64,000 bases of DNA from an uncultured Desulfospira sp. (GCA_963663165.1 OY760175.1:3040001-3104000); one strand, 5' to 3'. Counted from the first letter of the stretch, positions 1-9,203 are shown. Notes: generated by a model from the sequence alone, not told the origin. Made by a program: numbers and translations.

Positions 1-57
1 AGGATCCTTTGAATTTGCCTCTGCGCGCTTGATTTTTTCAAATCCGGCAACCGGCAT
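1..57 (-). CDS. N-terminal fragment of a gene running off the left edge (MPVAGFEKIKRAEANSKDP...), product unknown
   Basis: ATG at 57-55 with AAGGAG Shine-Dalgarno at 70-65 on the minus strand; frame open to the window edge. Confidence 0.45.
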   Translation of the reverse strand, partial: MPVAGFEKIKRAEANSKDP

Positions 58-364
58 CGCGATTCTCCTTATGTCTAACCTTCGGGGTTGTTTGCCACCA
101 CATCAGCACAGCGCAGGACATTAAACAGAATGAATTGATTTTTTCTATAATCAGTAGCATACAATGGATGGAATTGTCAAAAACCATCCCAGGGGGCAGC
201 AAAAAAAACGGACGTTTACGATGCCATAATCATCCAGGATTCAATGAGTTACAATCACCGCAACCCTGTGGAGATATGGCGAAAAAGAGCCCTTGGAAAC
301 CGGGAGGCAAAAGACCGGGAACGGGAAACCGGCGGCCGGATGTTGCGAATCCTTCGGGTTATAC

Positions 365-413
365 GGTTGGAGCGGGCCATGCCCGCGATTCGCGGACATG
401 GCCCGCTCCAACC
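365..413. repeat. REP-like extragenic palindrome (inverted REP doublet)
   Basis: GGTTGGAGCGGGCCATGCCCGCGA-T-TCGCGGACATGGCCCGCTCCAACC, 24-bp arms with 1 mismatch; resembles GTAG-family REP doublets. Confidence 0.75.
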
Positions 414-588
414 AGGCGCTTGTTTTTGCTCTTTTGTTATGGTCATTTTTTTACTATTCTGTATCTGTTCATACTTTACGCCGGCTGTTATCCTTCCCGC
501 AAATTAACACCTGATCGATGACCGTTAAAGGATGCTGAATTTTCATCCTTTATCCGTCATCCTTCAGCCTTTCAAGAAAGGAGGACAT

Positions 589-1794
589 ATGAACTATCAA
601 TCCCTGCTGGCAGACAGAACAAAGCTCATGGAGGCAAACGCCATCCGGGAAATTCTCAAGGTGGTGGCAAAGCCCGGGATCATCTCCCTTGCCGGCGGTA
701 TCCCGTCCCCGGAAAGCTTTCCCATGGACCTGTTCCATGATCTGGCGGGAAGGGTAATGGAAAAACACGGGGCCGCCGCCTTTCAATACGACCTGACCGA
801 AGGCTTTCCCCCCTTAAGGGAACAGCTGTCCCAACTTCTGGCCCAACGGGGGATTGACGCAGGTCCTGAACAGGTCAATGTCACCTCCGGGTCCCAGGGC
901 GTGCTGGATGCCGTGGGCAAACTGCTCATCTCCAAAGGGGATCAGGTGGCCGTGGAATCCCCCACCTATCTGGGGGCCATATCAGCCTTTAACCCCTACG
1001 AACCCGAGTATGTACCCCTTGAAACCGATGACTTCGGGCTGATCCCCGCGTCTTTAGAGCAGACGCTAAAAACCCAAAAGATCAAACTGATCTATCTGGT
1101 CCCGACCTTCCAGAACCCCACCGGCCGGACCCTGCCCCTGGAACGCCGGCAGAAAATAGCACGGATTATCCAGGAGCTTGGCGGCCTGCTCATCGAAGAT
1201 GACCCTTACTCATCCCTGCGGTATGAAGGTGATCCGGTTCCGGCCATCAAAACCCTTGCCCCGGACAACGTAATTTACGTATCCACCCTGTCCAAGGTGT
1301 TTGCCCCCGGGCTTCGCATCGGATTTTATGCGGCCCCTGAATTTCTTCGGCAATGGCTGGTTCTGGTCAAACAGGGGATCGACCTTCACACCTCCACCTT
1401 TAACCAGGCCCTGGCCGCCGAGTACCTTGACGGCGGACACCTGGAACGGCAGCTGCCAAAAATCATTGACCTTTACCAGCCCCGGCAAAAAGCCATGATC
1501 CGGGCACTTGAAACCTATATGCCCCAAGGGTTTACCTGTTCACCGTCCCAGGGCGGCATGTTTTTATGGGTCAGCGGTCCCAAGGGCTTTGACGCCATGG
1601 CCCTGTACCACAAGGCCGTGGAAAACGGAGTGGCCTTTGTGCCGGGCCGCTTCTTTTATACGGACCCGTCCCAGGGAATGGAGACCATGCGCCTTAACTA
1701 TACCATGGCCGAAGAACCGGTTATTGAAACGGCTGTAAAAAAGCTTGCTGATGCGGCCAAAGAAATCTTGCCGCCCCACAGGTTAACTGCCTGA
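589..1794 (+). CDS. PLP-dependent class I/II aminotransferase (2-aminoadipate/aromatic aminotransferase, LysN/MocR-like)
   Basis: ISLAGGIP, PTFQNPTG, IEDDPY, STLSKVFAPGLRIG (PLP lysine) motifs; AAGGAGG RBS before ATG 589. Confidence 0.92.
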   Translation: MNYQSLLADRTKLMEANAIREILKVVAKPGIISLAGGIPSPESFPMDLFHDLAGRVMEKHGAAAFQYDLTEGFPPLREQLSQLLAQRGIDAGPEQVNVTSGSQGVLDAVGKLLISKGDQVAVESPTYLGAISAFNPYEPEYVPLETDDFGLIPASLEQTLKTQKIKLIYLVPTFQNPTGRTLPLERRQKIARIIQELGGLLIEDDPYSSLRYEGDPVPAIKTLAPDNVIYVSTLSKVFAPGLRIGFYAAPEFLRQWLVLVKQGIDLHTSTFNQALAAEYLDGGHLERQLPKIIDLYQPRQKAMIRALETYMPQGFTCSPSQGGMFLWVSGPKGFDAMALYHKAVENGVAFVPGRFFYTDPSQGMETMRLNYTMAEEPVIETAVKKLADAAKEILPPHRLTA

Positions 1795-1806
1795 TGCCAT
1801 AAGGGA

Positions 1807-2019
1807 TCAGGATTGTTCCTCCTTAAATTCAAGTATGTCCCCGGGCTGGCATTGAAGGAACCGGCAGATGGCGTCCAGGGTGGCCAGACGTACGCCTTTT
1901 ACCTTTCCTGTTTTGATTAAGGACAGGTTTTGTTCGGTTATCCCCACAAACTCTGCCAGTTCCCTGGACTTAACCTTGCGCTTGGCAAGCATGACATCAA
2001 GGTTGATAATAATCATCAT
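1807..2019 (-). CDS. XRE-family helix-turn-helix regulator (YozG/HTH_26-like)
   Basis: NLDVMLAKRK...ELAEFVGITEQNLSLIKTGK...LCQPGDILE pattern; typical partner of DUF2975. Confidence 0.9.
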   Translation of the reverse strand: MMIIINLDVMLAKRKVKSRELAEFVGITEQNLSLIKTGKVKGVRLATLDAICRFLQCQPGDILEFKEEQS

Positions 2020-2030
2020 TGCATCCCCCC

Positions 2031-2567
2031 TTAAATGAACAACTCGTGGTCTTCTTTGATTTTGCGCGCTTCATCCATTACCCAGGTGATGGTCAGGATG
2101 GTTGCGCCCACGAACAGGGCACTGAAATCAGATCCCTCAAGGCCGAAAGTGACAATGCGCTGTCCCGGGGGATGGTGCAGGGTCAGGGCCATACTGATCA
2201 GGGAGTTGCTCAGGATATGGCAGGCCGTCCAGATGATCATGGCCCGGCCAAGGCGGTTGAAACAGTCAACATTGGCCTTGGCAAAAATAATTCCGTTTTC
2301 ATAAAGCCGGAACAATTTTCCGAGCACATGCAATCCGTATAGAAAAACCGAAAGGGGAATCAGGTCTGTGAAAAAGGCCAAAAGCCTGGCCGTTGCCAGC
2401 AGGTCTCCGGTAACCGGCACGGGAAAGTTGGCCATATTCGGCAAGTGCCGGACATGGTTGAAAAAACACCAGTAAAGAATGCATATAAGGGGCAGTGCAA
2501 AAACCAGGGCCGTGCATATGTATTTCAACCTGCGGCTTGCCCGTATAATCCGTTCTTTGTTATCCAT
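2031..2567 (-). CDS. DUF2975-family membrane protein
   Basis: About 4 TM segments, GIIFAKANV and C-terminal EARKIKEDHELFI motifs; operonic with the XRE HTH. Confidence 0.85.
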   Translation of the reverse strand: MDNKERIIRASRRLKYICTALVFALPLICILYWCFFNHVRHLPNMANFPVPVTGDLLATARLLAFFTDLIPLSVFLYGLHVLGKLFRLYENGIIFAKANVDCFNRLGRAMIIWTACHILSNSLISMALTLHHPPGQRIVTFGLEGSDFSALFVGATILTITWVMDEARKIKEDHELFI

Positions 2568-2683
2568 TGATTTGTTTCCTCCAGTTGGATTAAATTTGCC
2601 TGGTTAAAAATATCGGTTTATAGTGGTCACTTACCTGAGTTTTTAACCGGAAAGGGAATGGGCGTCAAGAGAAAATTAAAATA

Positions 2684-2726
2684 AAACGATAAACAATATA
2701 TGTAATACATGAATTATTTATCGTTT
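2684..2726. promoter_or_regulatory. 43-bp near-perfect palindrome, candidate operator of the XRE regulator
   Basis: AAACGATAAACAAT-AT-ATGTA-A-TACAT-GA-ATTATTTATCGTTT in the divergent intergenic region, near a minus-strand TTGACG. Confidence 0.55.
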
Positions 2727-2882
2727 ATTCGGGAATAAACTGAAGACCAATCCTGGGCCGGACCATCTTTTGGTCCCCAATAACCACTTTGAATTTATGG
2801 ACTTTAACGAACAAAAATTTATTTCCATCCGGTCAACGCCCCGGAACCCGTTCCACTCAAGGCCTTTGGGGAGAAATTAAAC

Positions 2883-5800
2883 GTGGAGGTCCTGGAATCA
2901 AAACTGGCTGCCCCCCACCTGGGAATTCTTTTGCAGCGGCCGCGTCTGATTCAAAATTGGGAAAACCTGTCCGGTAAACGCCTGATTCTGGTCACAGCCG
3001 GGGCCGGATACGGGAAAACCACTCTGGCGGCACAGGCCCTGGCAGGCCCGTGTTCCCGGAACCGGGCCCCGGTCTGGTACCGCCTGGACCGGTTTGACCG
3101 GGACATCACCACCTTTACCAGATACCTGATTCAAGGCCTGGAAAAGGTGTTTCCCCAATTTAAACAAGCGCTTGCCCCGGACCTGCTTGAGTCCCCGGGC
3201 CGGCCCCAGGACCTTCTTCTAGGGATTGCAAAGACCCTGGAATCAAGGACATCCCGGGAAATTTTCATTGTTTTGGACGATTATCACCTTTTGGGCCCTG
3301 CCGGGGACAACCCGGTTAACGCACCCGGCTTTGCAGATGTCCATGCCTGTATGGATTTTCTTTTGGAACGGCTGCCCGCCCATGTCCGGTTTGTGCTCAT
3401 CTCCCGGACAGACCCGCCGTTGAAGCTGTCCACCCTGCGGGTCCGGGGCCAGATCCTGGAAATTCATGAATCAGACCTGGTGTTCACGGCCCATGAAACA
3501 ACGGCTTTGTATTCCCGGATTCATAACCAGGTCCCGGCCCCGGAGATCCTGTCCGCTTTTTATAGACAGACCGGGGGGTGGGCTGCCGGCCTGGTTCTGT
3601 TCGGGGCCGCCCTTACAAAAAAGGACGGCCTGCCGGCCTGGCAGGATGCCCTGAAATCCGACATGTCCAAAGCCCATATTTTTAATTTCCTGGAGGAGAA
3701 CCTGTTTGACATCCAGCCGCCTGACATGCAGCAGTTCATGGTACAAACGGCGCTTATGGATCCCATGGAAAAAAGTGTGTGCGACACCGTTTTGGGCATT
3801 GATGATTCAACGGTCCGTTTCCGTAGAATGATGGCCGCCCACCTTATGGTGTTCCCTGTCAGTGAAGAGGAAACCGTATTTTATTACCACCACCTGTTCC
3901 GTGATTTTCTTCTGGAAAAGCTTTATCAAACCCTTGGGGAACCCGACATCCGGCAGCTTCACCTTAACATTGCCGGCCACCTGGAAGCCAAAGGCAATTT
4001 CATGGCCCTGGTTCATTATATTGAGGCCCGGGCCTATGACGATGCCGTGCGCTTCATGGAAGCCTTTGAACTGGAATTCTTAATCCAGGGTAAAATTGAA
4101 TTTGTCCGGACCTGCCTTGAAAAAATCCCCGGGCACATCATTGAGAAAAACCCCAGGCTTTTGTTCATGGAGGCCAAGCAGTACTCTTATTTTGGCCGTT
4201 CAGATAAAGCCATTGCCTGTCTTACAGCGGCCTGCCGGATTCTCAGGGAAACCCGCTCCAACGACTTTGTGGTCAAGTGCATGGTGGACCTGGGGGCCCA
4301 GTATTATTACACCGGACATATCCCGGAAGCCCGGGACCTGATGCTCCAGGTGCTGGATTCCACCAAAACGGACCCGGGGACCTATATCCTGGCGGTTACG
4401 TATCTGTGCTTTTTTTGCGCTGTTTTAGGGGATATGCAAAAAGCGGAAACGGTTGAGGCAGATGCCAGGGCTGTTCTGGACGGTTTTCCGCAATTCGAGC
4501 AGACCGCTGCCCTGGCTGCCATGGATATATCCAAAATCTACCGTCTTTATATCAAAGGGGATTTTGATCAATCCAGGGAATTGAACCTGGACTTGATTGC
4601 CCGGTGTAAGCCGTCAGGGCTGGAAGCGTTTATGCCCCTGGCCTGCTACCATGCCTCTGCAATCGACTGCATGCTGGGGCGGCATGAAACAGGCCTTGCC
4701 TTTGCCAGAAAAGGCCTCAGGGCTGCAAAAAACATTCACCTCAGGGACAGCCAGAACGGCTGGCTATACATTGCCCGGGCTGAAAACCACCTGGGCCTTT
4801 TGCACCTGGATGCCGCACAAACCCATGCCGGTGAGGCACTGGCAATCTTCCGGCGGCCCGGAAACCGGTGGGGCATGGCCAATGCACTGGACCTCAGGGC
4901 CAAAATCAGCCTGGTCCGGGACGATATCCCCGGGGCCCATTCCGAAGTTTTCCGAGCCCTGGATATTATCAAGGGATATGGCCTGCCCATGACCGAAGCC
5001 ATTATTTCCAATACCCTGGCCCGGGTGTTCATGGCATCAAACGCCTTTGACAAAGCCCTGGCCTGTCTTTCCCGAGCCAGGAAACAGTTGAAACCGGCCC
5101 TTTATCATCTGTGCGTATCCTGGCTCCTGGATGCCCGCTGCTGCCAGGCCCTGGGCCGGAAGGAAGCGGCTGTGAAGGCTTTGAAAAAAGGCCTCGCCAT
5201 TGCCGGAATGAAAAATTTTGACCGCATTGTCCGGGCAGAGGCCAGAGACCTGATTCCCCTTATGGCCGGGATCCGGGCCGGGGCCATTTTTTGTGCCTTT
5301 CCCGGAACCCCTGGGGACCGGTTGGAACCTGAAGCCTGCCGGCCTGAAGGGAACATGAAGGGGCTTGAAATCCGGGTGCTGGGCCGGTTTAAGCTGATTG
5401 TGGAGGGCAGGGAAATTGACCGCAGCCAGTGGCCTGGTACCAAACCCCTGATCCTGTTCCAATACCTGGCGGCTCATCAATCCAAAGGCTTTATTTCCAA
5501 GGATGTGCTGGTGGAGATGCTCTGGCCGGACCAGGACCCGGACAAAACCGGTAAACGCTTCAACACCGCCATGAGCCAGCTGCGAAAACTTTTAGAACCC
5601 AATCTGGCACCGCGCTCACCTTCAACTTATATTCAGCGCAAAAATGATCTTTATGCCCTTTCTTTGGGGCCGAAGGGAAGTTTGGACCTGTCAGGATTCC
5701 AAAGCACGACTGAAAAATTTTTAGGCCTGGCAGACAAAAACCCGAAGGCTGTCCTTGCCTTTGGCAAAAAGACAGAAAGCCTTTACACAGGCCCGCTGCT

Positions 5801-6140
5801 TGATGACCTGCCCTATCAGGACTGGTGTATCAGGCTCAGGGATGAAATCAAACATCTTTACTTAAGGGCCTGCCGCAAGCTGATTAAGCTGTGCCGACAG
5901 CTTAAAGACCCGGATTCAGGCATCCGGTACGCACAAAATTTTCTTAAAGCCGATCCCTTTGATGAATCCATGTACCGGCACCTGATCCTTTTTTTCCTGG
6001 AAACCGGCCGGCATGGCAAGGCCCATGAAACCTTTCTTGCCTGCAAGGAAAGGATGAAGGAAATGGACTGTCCCTTAAGCCCCCAGACCCTGGATCTTAT
6101 GAAAAAAGCAGGCCCTCGCCTGACACAGCCCGGGGATTAA
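2883..6140 (+). CDS. Large MalT-like STAND ATPase transcriptional regulator with TPR region and C-terminal SARP (winged helix + BTAD) domain
   Basis: AGAGYGKTT Walker A, IVLDDYH Walker B, TGGWAAGL and YHHLFRDFL MalT motifs; C-terminal IRVLGRF...EMLWPD...LYTGPLL...DPFDES BTAD signature. Confidence 0.88.
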   Translation: MEVLESKLAAPHLGILLQRPRLIQNWENLSGKRLILVTAGAGYGKTTLAAQALAGPCSRNRAPVWYRLDRFDRDITTFTRYLIQGLEKVFPQFKQALAPDLLESPGRPQDLLLGIAKTLESRTSREIFIVLDDYHLLGPAGDNPVNAPGFADVHACMDFLLERLPAHVRFVLISRTDPPLKLSTLRVRGQILEIHESDLVFTAHETTALYSRIHNQVPAPEILSAFYRQTGGWAAGLVLFGAALTKKDGLPAWQDALKSDMSKAHIFNFLEENLFDIQPPDMQQFMVQTALMDPMEKSVCDTVLGIDDSTVRFRRMMAAHLMVFPVSEEETVFYYHHLFRDFLLEKLYQTLGEPDIRQLHLNIAGHLEAKGNFMALVHYIEARAYDDAVRFMEAFELEFLIQGKIEFVRTCLEKIPGHIIEKNPRLLFMEAKQYSYFGRSDKAIACLTAACRILRETRSNDFVVKCMVDLGAQYYYTGHIPEARDLMLQVLDSTKTDPGTYILAVTYLCFFCAVLGDMQKAETVEADARAVLDGFPQFEQTAALAAMDISKIYRLYIKGDFDQSRELNLDLIARCKPSGLEAFMPLACYHASAIDCMLGRHETGLAFARKGLRAAKNIHLRDSQNGWLYIARAENHLGLLHLDAAQTHAGEALAIFRRPGNRWGMANALDLRAKISLVRDDIPGAHSEVFRALDIIKGYGLPMTEAIISNTLARVFMASNAFDKALACLSRARKQLKPALYHLCVSWLLDARCCQALGRKEAAVKALKKGLAIAGMKNFDRIVRAEARDLIPLMAGIRAGAIFCAFPGTPGDRLEPEACRPEGNMKGLEIRVLGRFKLIVEGREIDRSQWPGTKPLILFQYLAAHQSKGFISKDVLVEMLWPDQDPDKTGKRFNTAMSQLRKLLEPNLAPRSPSTYIQRKNDLYALSLGPKGSLDLSGFQSTTEKFLGLADKNPKAVLAFGKKTESLYTGPLLDDLPYQDWCIRLRDEIKHLYLRACRKLIKLCRQLKDPDSGIRYAQNFLKADPFDESMYRHLILFFLETGRHGKAHETFLACKERMKEMDCPLSPQTLDLMKKAGPRLTQPGD

Positions 6141-6190
6141 AATTTCCATCAAATGCAGAAAACCAGGTCAGACAAACTGTTTTTCCCCCA

Positions 6191-6593
6191 ATAACGGTCA
6201 CGGACCGTCTTGGATTATCCAACCAAGCATCGGTCCACAACAAACAATGAAAGTCTTTACAAGTAGTTAAGCTAAACTTTTATATAACGGCCACGGGCCA
6301 CAAGCCCACAACGAATAATGAAACTGAAGATACCAGCAACGGTAGACTATAAATTGGGCACCGCAGGTGCTTCGCCCTCTTATCTCTTGTTTCTTGTCTC
6401 CAGTTTCTTATAAAACGGCCACGGGCCGCTTTGGTTATCCAACCAAGAGCCGCCACCACAACAAATATTGAAAGTCTTCTCAGGACGTTAGTGAGACTTT
6501 CATATAACGGCCACGGGCCGCCTTGGTTATCCAACCAAGCACCGCCCACAACGAAAAATGAAAGTCTTTTCAGCTTGTTAGTGAGACTTTCAT
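6191..6593. repeat. Array of ~90-nt two-hairpin repeats (3 full copies at 6191-6283, 6410-6503, 6504-6593; 1 partial at 6284-6322)
   Basis: Consensus ATAACGGCCACGGGCCGCCTTGGTTATCCAACCAAGCACCGCCCACAACNAANAATGAAAGTCT..TTAGTGAGACTTTCAT read directly. Confidence 0.9.
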
Positions 6594-6679
6594 ATAAAAT
6601 TTAGACAAAATTTAGACCCCCCATTGTATAAGGTGGCCGTTCTATCCTGGCATTAATCTTTTTTTGAAAGGAATGGTCC

Positions 6680-7846
6680 ATGCTTGAATTGGCATTAAAG
6701 GGAAACCGAAACTATTGGATATGGATGGGGTGTCTGGGTGCAGTCATGGCTGTGGGCGGCCTGTTTTATCTGGACCAGTTTAACCACGGTCTTATGGTCA
6801 CCGGCCAGAGCCGGGACGTGTCCTGGGGTTTTTATACGGCACAGATGACATTTTTGGTGGGGGTGGCGGCCGGCGGTATCATGCTGGTGCTTCCCTATTA
6901 CCTTCATGATTATAAAGCCTTTGGAAAAATCACCATCCTGGGGGAATTCCTGGCCGTGGCCGCCATTATCATGTGCCTTTCCTATTTGCTTGTACACCTG
7001 GGACAGCCCGCACGGGCCCTGAATATTTTTCTTCACCCCACGCCCTGGTCCATGCTGTTCTGGGACGGCAATGTTTTATCCGGTTATCTTTTACTCAATA
7101 TCATCATCGGCTGGAAGGTACTGGAGGCGGAGCGAAACGGGACACCGCCGCCAAAATGGATTAAGCCCTTGATCTACCTGTCCATTCCCATGGCGGTTTC
7201 CATCCATACCATGACCGCGTTCATTTACTGCGGCCTTCCCGGAAGGGGGTTCTGGCTTACGGCCGTCCTTGCTCCGCGGTTTCTGGCCTCTGCTTTTGCC
7301 TCAGGCCCTGCCCTGCTCATTCTTTTATGCCTGGTGATCCGGAATTTAAGTGATTTTAAGCCGGATAAAAAGGCGATTCAGTCCCTGGCTGTCATTGCGG
7401 CTTACGCCCTGGTGGCCAATCTGTTTTTCATGGTGTGCGAGGTCTTTGTGGTGTTTTATTCCAATATTCCGTCCCATAAGGCCCATTTTGTTTATCTTTA
7501 TGCCGGGCTCCACGGCAAATCAGGCCTGGTGCCCTGGATGTGGTCTTCAGTGGCGCTCATGGGCATGGCCGCATGCATCCTGCTCTTACCGGTCTTAAGA
7601 AAAAACGAAATCACCCTGGCGTTTGCCTGTACCGCTCTTTTTGCCGGCACCTGGATCGACAAGGGCATGGGAATGATTTCAGGCGGATTTGTGCCCTCGC
7701 CACTGCACCATGTCACGGAATACAGCCCCAGCCTCCATGAAGTGGCCGTCTCTGCGGGGATCACAGCCCTGGGGCTGTTTGTCCTGACCCTGCTGTATAA
7801 AATAGTGACCGGTGTGAAGGTGTACAATCAAAGCGGCCGCGCCTGA
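6680..7846 (+). CDS. dsrP: NrfD/PsrC-family integral membrane protein, DsrP-like (stand-alone paralog)
   Basis: TGQSRDVSWGFYTAQMTFLVGVAAG, LVHLGQP, SIHTMTAF, APRFLASAFASGPA motifs; about 10 TM helices. Confidence 0.8.
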   Translation: MLELALKGNRNYWIWMGCLGAVMAVGGLFYLDQFNHGLMVTGQSRDVSWGFYTAQMTFLVGVAAGGIMLVLPYYLHDYKAFGKITILGEFLAVAAIIMCLSYLLVHLGQPARALNIFLHPTPWSMLFWDGNVLSGYLLLNIIIGWKVLEAERNGTPPPKWIKPLIYLSIPMAVSIHTMTAFIYCGLPGRGFWLTAVLAPRFLASAFASGPALLILLCLVIRNLSDFKPDKKAIQSLAVIAAYALVANLFFMVCEVFVVFYSNIPSHKAHFVYLYAGLHGKSGLVPWMWSSVALMGMAACILLLPVLRKNEITLAFACTALFAGTWIDKGMGMISGGFVPSPLHHVTEYSPSLHEVAVSAGITALGLFVLTLLYKIVTGVKVYNQSGRA

Positions 7847-7955
7847 CAGGCGCCCAGTGAACCACTCGTGACCTTCTTTGATTTTGCGCACTTCATCCAT
7901 TCCCCGGGTGACGGCCGGGAGGGGAATCAGGCCCGTGACATACAGGCGGAACACC

Positions 7956-9050
7956 TTACAGGCCAAGCCGTTTTTTGGCGCCCCGGAACTGGTCATAGGT
8001 CAGTCCCAGTACCGATGCGGCCTGTTTCTGGTTGAACCGGCAGGATTCAAGGGCCCTGGTGAACCGATAAATCTCCAGAGACCGGACCGCCTCTTTCAGG
8101 GGCCGGTTCAACCATTGGTCCAGGGGGAAATCAGAATCTGATTCAGCCGGATTGGTTTCCCGTCCCTGGTCACCGGCCGCCGGAACAGACAGCAGGGAAG
8201 GTCCATCCCCCTCTCCTGCCAGGGCATAGGGGGATTCAAAAGGATCAAAGCTGATGTTGTCAATTTGAATCTTTCCGGATCCGAATTCATGGGGGGTTTT
8301 ATACACGGCCCGTTCAATAACGTTTTTCAATTCCCGGACATTTCCGGGCCAGGGGTAGGACTCAAGGGATTTGACCGCCTTGGGGGAGATGTCGGGGACA
8401 TCGTCCCATCCCAGTTCAAAGGCCATGCGGCCGGCAAAGTGATTGGCCAGTAACAGGATATCCTCTTTTCGGGCCCTCAGGGGGGGCACGTAAATCACCT
8501 CAAAGGAAAGCCGGTCCAGAAGATCCCGCTTAAAGGCGCCGGCCCGGGCCATCCCGGATAAATTCGCATTGGTGGCGGCAACGATCCTGACATCCACCTG
8601 AACGGGACGGGAAGACCCCACCCGTTCAAAGGCGCCGTACTCCACCACCCGGAGGATCTTTTCCTGGACATCCATGGGGATATTCCCCATCTCATCTAAA
8701 AAAAGCGTGCCTTCGGAAGCCTGCTCAAACCGGCCGGTCCGCCGGGTATCGGCCCCGGTAAAGGCCCCCTTTTCATACCCGAACAACTCGGCCCCGATCA
8801 GGGTGGGGGTCAAGGCCGCACAATTTAGGGTCACCAAAGGCTTTTGCCACCGTTTGGACAAAAAATGGATCCTTGCGGCAGCCAGTTCCTTTCCCGTCCC
8901 CCGTTCTCCCAAAATAAGCACCGGCCGGTCAATGGGCGCCACCCGGGACAGCTGCTCCTGGAACCGGATAAACGCCTCTGACTGCCCTAACGCCTGGGCC
9001 ATGGAGACCTCCGGGGAACCCCCGCCATCTGAATTACGGTAAACCATCAT
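7956..9050 (-). CDS. pspF: Sigma-54 enhancer-binding activator of the phage shock operon
   Basis: GERGTGKE, GAFTGA, LFLDEMG, WPGNVRELKN motifs; no N-terminal sensor; Fis-type HTH; divergent from pspA. Confidence 0.93.
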   Translation of the reverse strand: MMVYRNSDGGGSPEVSMAQALGQSEAFIRFQEQLSRVAPIDRPVLILGERGTGKELAAARIHFLSKRWQKPLVTLNCAALTPTLIGAELFGYEKGAFTGADTRRTGRFEQASEGTLFLDEMGNIPMDVQEKILRVVEYGAFERVGSSRPVQVDVRIVAATNANLSGMARAGAFKRDLLDRLSFEVIYVPPLRARKEDILLLANHFAGRMAFELGWDDVPDISPKAVKSLESYPWPGNVRELKNVIERAVYKTPHEFGSGKIQIDNISFDPFESPYALAGEGDGPSLLSVPAAGDQGRETNPAESDSDFPLDQWLNRPLKEAVRSLEIYRFTRALESCRFNQKQAASVLGLTYDQFRGAKKRLGL

Positions 9051-9063
9051 TCACACCCCATTC

Positions 9064-9098
9064 TGGCTAAATTTGCCAGATTATAGTTAAATCCACCA
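9064..9098. promoter_or_regulatory. Two candidate PspF upstream activating sites
   Basis: Imperfect palindromes TGGCTAAATTTGCCA (9064-9078) and TAGTTAAATCCACCA (9084-9098), about 100 bp upstream of the sigma-54 promoter. Confidence 0.55.
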
Positions 9099-9187
9099 TA
9101 TTTTTAAAAAACCTACCACATCCATATTTTAATGTCAAACCCAACAACTACTTGAAATCACAATGAAAAATAAAATCCTGCCCAACC

Positions 9188-9203
9188 TGGCACACATCCT
9201 GCT
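9188..9203 (+). promoter_or_regulatory. Sigma-54 (-24/-12) promoter of pspABC
   Basis: TGGCAC-ACATC-CTGCT with exact GG-N10-GC spacing. Confidence 0.8.

Noticed and set aside
70..110. Minus-strand GGCAAACAACCCCGAAGGTTAGAC resembling the start of a c-di-GMP-I riboswitch
   Set aside because: It lacks the following GCAAA and P3 stem and runs directly into the RBS; the hairpin instead resembles a dispersed repeat fragment
135..521. Overlapping short ORFs on both strands
   Set aside because: They run through REP and heptamer repeats and show no RBS or recognisable protein features
6191..6593. Possible CRISPR array
   Set aside because: Units are about 90 nt, abut without unique spacers, and no cas genes are present in the window
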